Part shown: piece after piece, positions 7,498 through 16,174 of the stretch
Layout: each line of letters starts with the position of its first letter
How positions within the stretch are numbered: the first letter of the stretch is position 1
The notes under the pieces: generated by a model
Seen by the model: the letters and a program-made list of their open reading frames with translations, nothing else
Database searches by the model: none
Told to the model about the DNA's origin: nothing
Assembly: GCA_001871495.1 (NCBI GenBank)
Contig: MNVG01000016.1
Location: 1 to 52,835 of the forward strand
Reading direction: 5' to 3'
Length of the DNA stretch: 52,835 bases
DNA from: Candidatus Micrarchaeota archaeon CG1_02_51_15
Lineage (GTDB): Archaea > Micrarchaeota > Micrarchaeia > Norongarragalinales > UBA8480
Made by a program: the position numbers and the translations under genes

Positions 7498-7998
7498 TTA
7501 AGCCCTGTGTTGGTCGCGGGCGGCCTTGACTTCGGCCACCAGGAAGGTTACCGCGTCTATTAACACCTTGTTTTGGACCCGAAGTTCGGTAACCTGCTTT
7601 GAAAGCGCCTCTATTCTGACGCCTATTTCCGGAGATTGCGCCGAAGGTTGCGAAGGTGACTTAGCAAGAGCGTCTACTGCTACGGAAATCCGTTCCAGGC
7701 CCGCCCTCGTTTTTTCAAGTTCGCCAAAAGACCTTTCAGAAAACTCGAGTACGGCGCCTGCTGCTTCAAGCGTTTGATTAGAAATCACCTTAAGCGAAGC
7801 CATGTCGGCAGGCGAAGCCGCCGAAGAAGTTACTCCCGAAGCAAGGACGGCGCCGCCTGAAGCAGCCAGGTGTTCTATTGATTCTGCCAGGCGGTCTATT
7901 TTGGAATTGTTTTCGGCGTACCTGCGTTCGACTGTCTCGGCAAGAAAATAGATGGAATTCTTTACTTCCTGAAACTTCAGGTCAAAGTTGTCGTCCAC
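7498..7998 (-). CDS. hypothetical coiled-coil protein
   Basis: 166-aa ORF. It has heptad-like helical ends separated by an Ala/Ser/Gly-rich linker (AASGGAVLASGVTSSAASPAD). Confidence 0.55.
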   Translation of the reverse strand: MDDNFDLKFQEVKNSIYFLAETVERRYAENNSKIDRLAESIEHLAASGGAVLASGVTSSAASPADMASLKVISNQTLEAAGAVLEFSERSFGELEKTRAGLERISVAVDALAKSPSQPSAQSPEIGVRIEALSKQVTELRVQNKVLIDAVTFLVAEVKAARDQHRA

Positions 7999-8133
7999 AA
8001 GAAACCAAAACGCCGAAGCTGTTCTTAAACATTCCTCCTTAAAGTAAACAAAGTAAACCCAGTCTACTTAATGGCAGTAATGGCAGAAGGGAGGGAATAA
8101 AAAACAGGGGAGTTAAAACGTTTTTGTTTAAGC

Positions 8134-8298
8134 GGGCCCGTAGCTCAGCCTGGATAGAGCACTTGCCTCCTAATCCCTAAGCGCCAATTAGCGGTGCAGG
8201 GAGGCGCAAGCAAGGGGTCGTGGGTTCGAAAGGGAAACTCAAAGAGAGTTTCCTACCGCCCTGCAAAGGCAGGTTTGACGAAAATCCCATCGGGCTCG
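8134..8298 (+). tRNA. tRNA-Arg (anticodon CCU) with two introns (165 nt primary, 75 nt mature)
   Basis: Hand-folded. Acceptor GGGCCCG/CGGGCUC (one G-U pair). D arm GCUC-AGCCUGGAUA-GAGC. Anticodon stem CUUGC/GCAAG with loop CUCCUAA. Variable region GGGUC. T arm GUGGG-UUCGAAU-CCCAU. Discriminator G. Intron 1 is ~36 nt (8173..8208) at 37/38. Intron 2 is ~54 nt (8231..8284) in the T-loop. Confidence 0.85.
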
Positions 8299-8311
8299 TT
8301 TTTGTTTTTTT
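8299..8311 (+). terminator. oligo-T terminator (TTTTTGTTTTTTT) directly after tRNA-Arg(CCU)
   Basis: T5-G-T7 begins at the nucleotide after the discriminator base. Confidence 0.55.
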
Positions 8312-8391
8312 GTAAACAAAGGGGTTTTAATTCAGGGCAGCGCACTGAAGTAACACGCAAACGAAACAAGGGGTCTTCGCTTGACTGGTGA

Positions 8392-8643
8392 TTGTTCATG
8401 ACTGAAGTAAAAAAGATAATCGCACACTTGGAATCTCTTATCGAAGACTCGAGTGTGCCCCGCAACGTACGTTATTCCCTTTCGAATGCAAAGCAAAAGC
8501 TTTTGACTTCGGAAGACGAGGCAACGGGAATAAGCGGAGCCGTTTATTCACTTGAAGAAGTGAGCAACGACATCAACCTTCCAATGCACGCGCGCACGAT
8601 TATCTGGAACTTGTTAAGCGAACTTGAAGCAATGAAACAATAG
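8392..8643 (+). CDS. UPF0147-family protein (small conserved archaeal protein)
   Basis: 83 aa. IEDSSVPRNVRYSLSNAKQKL ... VSNDINLPMHARTIIWNLLSELE matches the UPF0147 pattern (D.sVPRNiR ... sNDpNmP.HaRT.iWn). Confidence 0.8.
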   Translation: MFMTEVKKIIAHLESLIEDSSVPRNVRYSLSNAKQKLLTSEDEATGISGAVYSLEEVSNDINLPMHARTIIWNLLSELEAMKQ

Positions 8644-8647
8644 CGTT

Positions 8648-9598
8648 TTAGAACGCGTACTTTTCCTGCCCCGGCTTTTTTGCAAACGGCGCGGCGTCTG
8701 CAACGTCTTTGAACCCGCAGATGAACCGCACTAGGCGTTCGACTCCGAACCCCGCGCCTGCACTCGGCTGCAGTAAACCTTTTTTTGCAGCCTCCAAATA
8801 AGAGCCGAACAACGAAGAGTCGGTTCCGGCGCGTTGCATCCTTTCAAGCAGACGAGGGTACTGCCACTCCCGCATTCCTCCGCTGAGCGCTTCTCCAAAA
8901 CCCCGAGGATAGACAAGGTCGTAGTTCAAGTAGTGCCCGGCTCGAGCGGGGTCTTCGCAGTCGTAGAACTCGCGTTCGTGGTCCAGTGCCCAAAACGGCT
9001 CGGTTGCTGATGCAGACTCTATTGCCTCCCATTCACGACCATATTTTTCTGCGAGCTCGCGCGAACTTTTTTCAATAAAGCGCGGCGCAAACGTTGGCAG
9101 CGCACAGCCCAAAGTAGCCAATTCGCCGCAACGCTCGCTTGCAACGCGCGAAAATATTTCGGTGAAAAGTTCTTCGGCAAAACGCATTGCCTCTCCTGCG
9201 GTCGCGTGCTTAAGTTCGAAGTCCACTTGCGAAAACTCCAGCAAATGCCGCCCCGTACCTGCTTTTTCAGGCAGTTCCAGCCGCACGTTGGGCGAAACAA
9301 TGTAGATAGCCTTGCGGAACGGCGATGCCAGTGCCAGTTGCTTGTGGAGTATCATGCTTTTAGTCAGCGAAAATTCGGTTCCGCAGTAGGGAACGCGCGC
9401 GTCGTAAACGGAGTGGCACAACGGGTCGGTGATTGGCGAAATTATTACCGGCAAGAGCTGCATTACGCCCCGGGCGTACATAAAGTCGCTCACTGTTTTG
9501 AGCACTGTACTTTGCACTGCCAGTGCACAATGCATTTCCTTAGTTCCCAGTTTCTCCAACGCCCCTTCGATTGCCAAAATAATCACCGCAATTCTCAT
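8648..9598 (-). CDS. asnA: archaeal asparagine synthetase A-like protein (class II Asp/Asn-tRNA synthetase catalytic core without anticodon-binding domain)
   Basis: Class II motif 2 (NVRLELPEKAGTGRHLLEFSQVDFE) and motif 3 (GAGFGVERLVRF). At 316 aa there is no N-terminal OB domain. Confidence 0.75.
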   Translation of the reverse strand: MRIAVIILAIEGALEKLGTKEMHCALAVQSTVLKTVSDFMYARGVMQLLPVIISPITDPLCHSVYDARVPYCGTEFSLTKSMILHKQLALASPFRKAIYIVSPNVRLELPEKAGTGRHLLEFSQVDFELKHATAGEAMRFAEELFTEIFSRVASERCGELATLGCALPTFAPRFIEKSSRELAEKYGREWEAIESASATEPFWALDHEREFYDCEDPARAGHYLNYDLVYPRGFGEALSGGMREWQYPRLLERMQRAGTDSSLFGSYLEAAKKGLLQPSAGAGFGVERLVRFICGFKDVADAAPFAKKPGQEKYAF

Positions 9599-9683
9599 GT
9601 CGATTCGGCAATATTACTTTTTAGTCAGTAAAACCGAATTAAAGTCGAATTAACAACGTATTTTATATCCTTGTTCCGACTAA

Positions 9684-10157
9684 TTGTCGGCGAGGCGAAT
9701 AATTGTGAAGGGTTTTTTGGATGAACGGGATGCGGCGATATTGACCGCACTAAAAAGGGACGGAAGGGCTTCGACTGCCGACATTGCGCGCAAGACGCGG
9801 CTGCCCAGGGTTACGGTGCACGACCGCATCAAGAAAATGAGAGAACGCGGGGTAATCAGGGGTTTTACGGCATTGGAAGATTACAAGAAGACGGGCTTGC
9901 CGGTGACGGCGTTCGTTTTCGCTTCTTACGCACAAGGCCAAGGGGTTTCGCAGCGGAAGGCGGCCCTGAACGCATCGAAAGTCGAAGGGGTTTGCGAAGC
10001 GCACTTGGTTTCCGGCGAATGGGACCTGCTGCTTAAAGTAAGAGGCGCGTCAATGGAGGCAATCGGCTCGCTGGTAATAGACCGCCTGCGGGCGGTTCCG
10101 GGAATTGCCAAGACGCTCACAGTAGCGTGCTTTGACACGGTTAACGAAGAGTTTTGA
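9684..10157 (+). CDS. lrp: Lrp/AsnC-family transcriptional regulator
   Basis: The HTH ILTALKRDGRASTADIARKTRLPRVTVHDRIKKMRERGVIRGFTA is followed by a RAM/AsnC_trans_reg domain. The ORF-track start is TTG; the in-frame GTG at 9705 is an alternative. Confidence 0.85.
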   Translation: MSARRIIVKGFLDERDAAILTALKRDGRASTADIARKTRLPRVTVHDRIKKMRERGVIRGFTALEDYKKTGLPVTAFVFASYAQGQGVSQRKAALNASKVEGVCEAHLVSGEWDLLLKVRGASMEAIGSLVIDRLRAVPGIAKTLTVACFDTVNEEF

Positions 10158-10387
10158 ATCGTTTCAAATACGGGTTGCGGCAACGGTTTTTTATTCGTGC
10201 GCGTTCTTTTGAAGGAGTATGTGCCGCAGTCCTCTTTGGACGCGTTGGATTGGTTTAAAGAAAAGCAGCAGGTGGGAAACTTTTGGGGTTGCGCAAACGT
10301 AATTTTGGGGCTTACTTTGTTTTCCAGCGAAGGCTTTGCCGATTGTAAAAAACGTTTTTTGCGGCACGTGCAGGAAACTGATGCAAC

Positions 10388-11908
10388 GTGCTTGAAAAAG
10401 AGATCATTGAAAAGGCGGCTCAAAAGGACTTGGTTGTTGCCAAGGCTGCTTTGACCAAACTTGCCGAGTGTGAGCATTGCGACGAAGTGCTTGAAAAAGC
10501 GCTTGAATCGTGCTCGTCGCCGGTATTGTCGCTTGCTTTGGTTGAAGAAATAATCGAAAGCGTAGAAAGCAGCCGCAAGGCAAAACGGATTACGGTCTTC
10601 CACGGCACGGATTATAAGCCGGCTGCTGCCGAAATCGAAGGAAGCATGAAGATTATGGATGAGAGGGACGTTGCGGGAAAGTCGCGTTGTACCGGAAACG
10701 TAGAGGATTTCGTCAATTGTTTTCGCGACCGCTTCCGCCGCATTTCCTCCGTATTGAAAGGCCGCGTGAGCACCAACGGAGTTACTTCAATAAGTTCGGT
10801 TAAAGAACTGGCAAGCGGCAGGCAAAGCCGAGTCGTAGGAATGGTTTTCGACAAGCGCGAAACCAAGAACGGCCACACGATAATAGAATTGGAAGACGAA
10901 GAGGATTCCATGCCGGTACTGATTGCAAAAGACTCTCCGCTGAAAGCCAAGGCCGAAGAGATCATAATCGACGAAGTGATTGCAGTAGACGGTTCTATGA
11001 GCGGCTCGCTTTTTATTGCACGGGATCTGGTGTGGCCGGAAATGCCGTTTGCCCAGCCGCGGCTTGTTGAAGACGATTTGAGCATTGCATTCGTTTCCGA
11101 CACGCACGTCGGCAGCAAGTTGTTTATGCAAGACCGCTTTCAAAGGCTGCTTAACTTCCTTAACGGCGAAGGCTCGAAGAAAGAGCAGGAGATTGCGGGA
11201 AAAATAAAGTACTTGGCGTTTGCAGGCGACTGCGTGGACGGCATCGGAGTATACCCGTCGCAGGAAAAAGAGCTGGTTACCAAAGACATTTACACCCAGT
11301 ACGAGATTTTCGGCGAGTTCATTAAAAAAATTCCGGAGTACGTTGAAGTCGTGATAATTCCAGGAAACCACGATGCCGTGCGCCTGGCCGAACCCCAGCC
11401 TGCCTTGCTTCCGGAACTGGCCAAGAACTTCAACGGCTTGAAAAACGTCCACCTTGGAAGCAACCCTGCTTGGACGCAAGTTCACGGCCTTAAACTGCTG
11501 ATGTACCACGGGGCGGGAATGCATTCGCTTATAGGCAACCTGCCCATGCTCAAAGGAGCATACGAAGCGCCCGAAAGGGCGGCGGTGGAAATGCTTCGCA
11601 GGCGTCACTTGGACCCTATTTACGGCGACGAGCCTCTGGCGCCTGAAAAACGCGATTACCTGGTCATTGAAGAGCCGCCCGACATTTTTCACTTCGGCGA
11701 CTTGCACAAAAACGGCTATACCACTTACAGAGGAACGCTGGTGGTAAACGCAGGTTGTTGGCAGTCGCGAACGGACTACCAAGTCAAGAAAGGCCACCAC
11801 CCCACGCCCGGGCTCCTGCCGCTCTACAATATCAAGACAGGCAACCTGCAGGTGCTTGACTTTAATGCCGAAAACATTGCCGAAAACGCAGGGGTGGCAA
11901 GCCAATGA
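10388..11908 (+). CDS. DNA polymerase II (PolD) small subunit DP1
   Basis: OB-like middle region plus calcineurin-like phosphoesterase motifs (FVSDTHVGS, AGDCVDG, IPGNHDA, GHHP). GTG start. The stop overlaps the next start (ATGA at 11905-11908). Confidence 0.9.
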   Translation: MLEKEIIEKAAQKDLVVAKAALTKLAECEHCDEVLEKALESCSSPVLSLALVEEIIESVESSRKAKRITVFHGTDYKPAAAEIEGSMKIMDERDVAGKSRCTGNVEDFVNCFRDRFRRISSVLKGRVSTNGVTSISSVKELASGRQSRVVGMVFDKRETKNGHTIIELEDEEDSMPVLIAKDSPLKAKAEEIIIDEVIAVDGSMSGSLFIARDLVWPEMPFAQPRLVEDDLSIAFVSDTHVGSKLFMQDRFQRLLNFLNGEGSKKEQEIAGKIKYLAFAGDCVDGIGVYPSQEKELVTKDIYTQYEIFGEFIKKIPEYVEVVIIPGNHDAVRLAEPQPALLPELAKNFNGLKNVHLGSNPAWTQVHGLKLLMYHGAGMHSLIGNLPMLKGAYEAPERAAVEMLRRRHLDPIYGDEPLAPEKRDYLVIEEPPDIFHFGDLHKNGYTTYRGTLVVNAGCWQSRTDYQVKKGHHPTPGLLPLYNIKTGNLQVLDFNAENIAENAGVASQ

Positions 11909-12507
11909 CGGAATTTATTTTCATACGGCACGGCACCAGCGTCAACAACGAAGAACGCCGCGTCAACAGCACGCGCGAAAACGACCGCGGACTAAGCGAA
12001 CGCGGGCAGCGCCAAGCGAGATTACTGGCAAAAGCGCTTGCAAACGAAGAATTCGACGCAATTTATTCCAGTCCTTTTCCGCGCGCGCTTCAAACCGCAA
12101 GCGCAATAGCAGGAGCACGGAAAGTCTCTCAAGAAGAGCTTTTGAGGGAAAGAGACGAAGGCAAATTAGACGGACTTAATCACAAAGAAATTCGCGCGGC
12201 ATACGGCCACGAACGCGAGGCATACGACGCGAACAAATTGCACGGACGCATGGCTGGAAGGGAAAGTTACGCGGACATTATAGCACGCGTAAAATCTTTC
12301 GTACGCACGGCAGGTGCGTTGCATTTGGGAAAAGTAGCAATAGTAACGCACGGAGCAGTCATAGTTTCCGCAGCTGTAATGGCAAGCAACGACCATTCTT
12401 ACCTCTCGCGCGGAGAGCCTAAACAAACCAGCGTAACCCGGATTGTTTGGGACGGAAAGGAAATGAAGCTCAAGTCGTTCGGGGACGACTTGCACTTGGA
12501 GAAATAA
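11905..12507 (+). CDS. histidine phosphatase family protein (phosphoglycerate mutase-like / CobC-like)
   Basis: The RHG catalytic motif near the N-terminus (FIFIRHGTSVNNEE), LSERGQRQA, and a downstream VTHGAVI histidine. Confidence 0.8.
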   Translation: MTEFIFIRHGTSVNNEERRVNSTRENDRGLSERGQRQARLLAKALANEEFDAIYSSPFPRALQTASAIAGARKVSQEELLRERDEGKLDGLNHKEIRAAYGHEREAYDANKLHGRMAGRESYADIIARVKSFVRTAGALHLGKVAIVTHGAVIVSAAVMASNDHSYLSRGEPKQTSVTRIVWDGKEMKLKSFGDDLHLEK

Positions 12508-12510
12508 AAC

Positions 12511-15500
12511 ATGCCTATCTGCTCGCCCCATGTACAAGCTTACTTTGATTCGCTTAGTGCGGAGTTCAACAAGGCGTACGCGATTGCCGGAGTAGCCCGG
12601 GCAAAGGGATTGGACCCGGTTAATGAAGTGGAAATCGCGCCTGCAGCCGACGTTGCAGCGCGCGTTGAAGGGTTGGTGGGCCCGCCTGGAATTGCCAAAC
12701 GCATTCGCGAACTAATTTCTTCCGGAATCAAACGCAATGCCGCGTGCTACGAAGTGTGCAAGGAAATCATTGACGGCAAACACCCTTTTTCGATAACAGA
12801 CGGCCGCAACGCAAAGGAAGCGGCAATAGAACAGGCAGTAAGGACTGCTCTGGCGCTGTTCACTGAAGGCGTGGTAAGCGCTCCGATTGAAGGCATTTCC
12901 AAAGTGAAACTGCGCAAGAACGCCGACGGCAGCGAGTGCATAGCAGTATATTTTGCAGGTCCGATTCGTGGAGCCGGAGGAACAGGCCAGGCGTTCACGC
13001 TGGTACTGGCCGACTTCTGCAGGAAACACGCGGGAATCGGGGCTTACCGCGCAACCGAAGACGAGATCGAACGTTACGTCGAAGAATCCAACCTTTACGC
13101 AATAAAGACGCGTGCAGGCCAGTACGTGCCTAAAGACGAGGAAGTCAGGCACATTGCACGCTCGTGCCCGGTTTGCGTGGACGGCGAGCCGACTGAAGAT
13201 TATGACGTCAGCGTGCACAAGAACGTTTTCGGCGTGGAAACCAACCGCGTCAGAGGAGGAATGTGCCTGGTGTTAAGCGAAGGCATTTGCCTCAAAGCAG
13301 CCAAGGTCCTGAAGATAACCAAAGCAGCCGAACTTGATTGGATTTGGATAGAAAAACTCATTAAAGTCTCGAAGCAAGAGCAGAGCAAGGTGGAAATAAA
13401 ACAGGTAACCAAGTACATTGACGAGATAGTTGCCGGCCGCGCCATATTCGGCTACCCCATGCGGCCAGGCGGGTTCAGGCTCAGGTACGGACGGACTCCC
13501 TACACCGGAATAGCCAGCAAGGCAATCCACCCTGCAACAATGGCCGTGCTGCGGGATTTTCCGGCAATAGGCACGCAGGTTAAAGTCGAACGCCCCGGCA
13601 AAGGATGCATCGTGACTCCCTGCAATTCAATCGACGGCCCAATAGTACGGCTTAAAGACGGCAGCGTAAAACAAATTCAGACCCTTGAAGAAGCACGTGC
13701 TATAACCGAACAAGTCGAGCACGTCGTTTTCCTCGGCGATATTCTAGTCAACTACGGAGACTTCTCGAAGGCAAACCATCCTTTGGTTCCAGGCGCATGG
13801 TGCGACGAGTGGTACTCCCAAGAACTCTTGGAAAAAGGAGTCAAGAAAACAAAACACGAAATTACTGAAATGAAGTGGGACGAAAGCCTGCAGCTCGCCC
13901 GCAGCCACGACGTGCCCTTAGCTCCGAAATTCACGCTGTTCTGGCACGACCTCACACCCCAACAACTAAGCGAGGCCGCGCAATGGATTTGCTCCGACGG
14001 AAAACCCGCGTACGAATGGTTCGACATTAAAGAACTTCGGATCAAAAACGGAAAACAAAAGGAACTCCTCGAATGGCTGGGAGTAATCCACAGATTAGAA
14101 ACCAAAGACGGGGAAGAAACAATAGTGGTTGAAAAAGAGCACGCGCTCGCACTGTTATTCCCGCTGGGGCTCCTGGAGGGAAAAACGCTTTCCACTAAAA
14201 AATTCGACGCGGCATTTGCGATTGAAAAGGACGCCATGCAAATCGTAAACGAACTGGCCGGAGTGACGATAAAAAAGAAAGCCGGGCTCTACATCGGAAC
14301 ATGCATGGGCCGGCCTGAAAAATCCAAGGAAAGAAAAATGCAGCCGCCAGTACACGCGCTGTTTCCAATAGGCCTCCACGGCGGAAAAAGAAGGGACATG
14401 ATGAAAGCAGTAAAAACCCTCCGCGCCCGCGCCGAGTCATCAATCTCTGCAGACGTTGCAATACGCGCCTGCCGCTCCTGCGGCAAGAAAACCGCTTCAA
14501 TGAAGTGCGCCTGCGGCTCGCACACCGCGCTCGTACGCGAATGCACCAAATGCGGACGCTTAAGTCCCGCTGAAAAATGCGTTTGCGGCAGCCCCACGCG
14601 GACGCACTCGGAGCAACAGCTGGAAATCGTGCGCGAATACGAAGAAGCCATGAAAAACACGGGCTGCGACCCCCGCGAGGTAAAAGCAGTTCAAGGACTT
14701 ATTTCAGCAGACAAAGTATTCGAACCCCTCTCGAAAGGAATGCTGCGCGCAAAACACGATGTGTTCGTATTCCGTGACGGCACCTGTCGCTACGACGCAA
14801 CCGAAGTTCCCCTTACCCACTTCGTGCCCCGCGAAATAAGCGTGACAATCGAACGCCTCCGCCAACTCGGCTACGAAAAAGACTACTTGGGCAAACCCCT
14901 AGAACGAGACGACCAAACAGTCGAACTCCTGCCTCAAGACGTGGTAATCTCCGACCACAACGCAGACTACTTCCTACGCCTAACCGCATTCGTAGACGAC
15001 CTGCTGGTATACCACTACGCAATGCCCCCCTACTACAACGCCAAAACCCGCGCAGACTTGGTTGGACAACTGGTAATCGCAATCGCGCCCCACATCAGCG
15101 CGGGAATAATCGGAAGAATAATCGGATTCACACCAATACGCGGCTTGCTAATGCACCCCTACATGCACTGCGCCACCCGCCGTAATTGCGACGGAGACGA
15201 AGATTGTCTGATGCTGTTAATGGACGCCGTACTCAACTTTTCGAAAACCTACCTGCCTTCCACGCGTGGCGGAAGAATGGACGCGCCGCTGGTATTAACA
15301 ACGATACTCGACCCTGTGGAAGTAGATGACGAAGTCCACGCAATGGACGCCTGCTCATCCTACCCGCTGGAATTCTATCGCGCAACCGAACGCTTTGCAA
15401 GCCCTTCGGAAATCAAGCTAGACACCATATCGACGCGGCTAGGCAAAGAAAGCCAATACGAAGGAATCGGCTTCACCCACACGGCAAAACTCGAAGGACC

Positions 15501-15936
15501 TACGCAAACACGTTACGTGCTGTTCAAAAACATGCGCCAAAAAGTAGAAGACGAACTGCAACTGATGAACATGCTACGCAGCGTAGACGCCGCAAACGCG
15601 GCTGAACGAATAATCCTAAGCCACTTCTTCCCCGACTTGTACGGAAACATGCACTCCTTCGGAAAACAAGGCTTCAGGTGCGTCGACTGCGGCGCCAAAT
15701 ACCGCCGCGTGCCACTGCGCGGCAAATGCACGAACAAAACTTGCGGCGGCGGAAAAATAATTTTAACAATCTACAAAGGAGGAATAGAAAAATACCTCTC
15801 ACTAGCCAAAGACATGATAGACACCTACGGTCTTCCCCTTTACATGAAACAACGCATAATGCTTTTGGAAAAAGAAATCCAAAGCATGTTCGAAGACGAC
15901 AAAGTAAAACAACACAGCCTAGCAGACTACTTCTGA
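12511..15936 (+). CDS. DNA polymerase II (PolD) large catalytic subunit DP2
   Basis: 1141 aa. The architecture is characteristic of DP2, including Cys clusters (CRSCGKKTASMKCACG...CTKCGRLSPAEKCVCG; CVDCGAKY...CTNKTCGG) and the HPYMHCATRRNCDGDED catalytic region. There is no intein-sized insertion. Confidence 0.92.
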   Translation: MPICSPHVQAYFDSLSAEFNKAYAIAGVARAKGLDPVNEVEIAPAADVAARVEGLVGPPGIAKRIRELISSGIKRNAACYEVCKEIIDGKHPFSITDGRNAKEAAIEQAVRTALALFTEGVVSAPIEGISKVKLRKNADGSECIAVYFAGPIRGAGGTGQAFTLVLADFCRKHAGIGAYRATEDEIERYVEESNLYAIKTRAGQYVPKDEEVRHIARSCPVCVDGEPTEDYDVSVHKNVFGVETNRVRGGMCLVLSEGICLKAAKVLKITKAAELDWIWIEKLIKVSKQEQSKVEIKQVTKYIDEIVAGRAIFGYPMRPGGFRLRYGRTPYTGIASKAIHPATMAVLRDFPAIGTQVKVERPGKGCIVTPCNSIDGPIVRLKDGSVKQIQTLEEARAITEQVEHVVFLGDILVNYGDFSKANHPLVPGAWCDEWYSQELLEKGVKKTKHEITEMKWDESLQLARSHDVPLAPKFTLFWHDLTPQQLSEAAQWICSDGKPAYEWFDIKELRIKNGKQKELLEWLGVIHRLETKDGEETIVVEKEHALALLFPLGLLEGKTLSTKKFDAAFAIEKDAMQIVNELAGVTIKKKAGLYIGTCMGRPEKSKERKMQPPVHALFPIGLHGGKRRDMMKAVKTLRARAESSISADVAIRACRSCGKKTASMKCACGSHTALVRECTKCGRLSPAEKCVCGSPTRTHSEQQLEIVREYEEAMKNTGCDPREVKAVQGLISADKVFEPLSKGMLRAKHDVFVFRDGTCRYDATEVPLTHFVPREISVTIERLRQLGYEKDYLGKPLERDDQTVELLPQDVVISDHNADYFLRLTAFVDDLLVYHYAMPPYYNAKTRADLVGQLVIAIAPHISAGIIGRIIGFTPIRGLLMHPYMHCATRRNCDGDEDCLMLLMDAVLNFSKTYLPSTRGGRMDAPLVLTTILDPVEVDDEVHAMDACSSYPLEFYRATERFASPSEIKLDTISTRLGKESQYEGIGFTHTAKLEGPTQTRYVLFKNMRQKVEDELQLMNMLRSVDAANAAERIILSHFFPDLYGNMHSFGKQGFRCVDCGAKYRRVPLRGKCTNKTCGGGKIILTIYKGGIEKYLSLAKDMIDTYGLPLYMKQRIMLLEKEIQSMFEDDKVKQHSLADYF

Positions 15937-16174
15937 AAAACCCACTGGTCTCACCCGAGCCAGCTCGCACGACCGCAGCCAATCTTCTTTCTCGCACCCC
16001 CCGCTTTTCGCACAAACAATAAACTAAAGCTTACAAAAAGCTATCTCTTAATAAAATAAACATTACAATACGCTAACTCATACTCACAATAAGGCACTCT
16101 ATAACCATAGTAAAGCCAACTTTACAATAAACTCGCTTTTAGTAACTATCTATTTACAAACCGCAAGGTTTTTA

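Noticed and set aside
7360-7500. 53-aa plus-strand ORF (MSVRRYQPHHVCFSTWNF...) in the 7310-7497 gap
   Set aside because: Its composition is Cys/His/Ser-rich and non-protein-like, and it has no RBS. The region is better explained by the minus-strand C/D box candidate.
8194-8465. ORFs 8194..8391 (+) and 8253..8465 (-)
   Set aside because: They overlap tRNA-Arg(CCU), its intron/terminator and the UPF0147 start. They are artefacts.
9926-10603. 225-aa minus-strand ORF spanning the lrp 3' end, the intergenic gap and the DP1 5' end
   Set aside because: It is antisense to two well-supported genes and its composition is low-complexity.
10787-11905. 372-aa minus-strand ORF, one of the longest in the track
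   Set aside because: It is entirely antisense to DP1, whose phosphoesterase motifs are unambiguous. Its translation is Arg/Phe/Val/Asn-biased with no motifs. It is a shadow ORF.
12540-15737. Numerous 60-170-aa ORFs on both strands inside DP2
   Set aside because: They are nested in or antisense to a 1141-aa gene with clear PolD large-subunit features.
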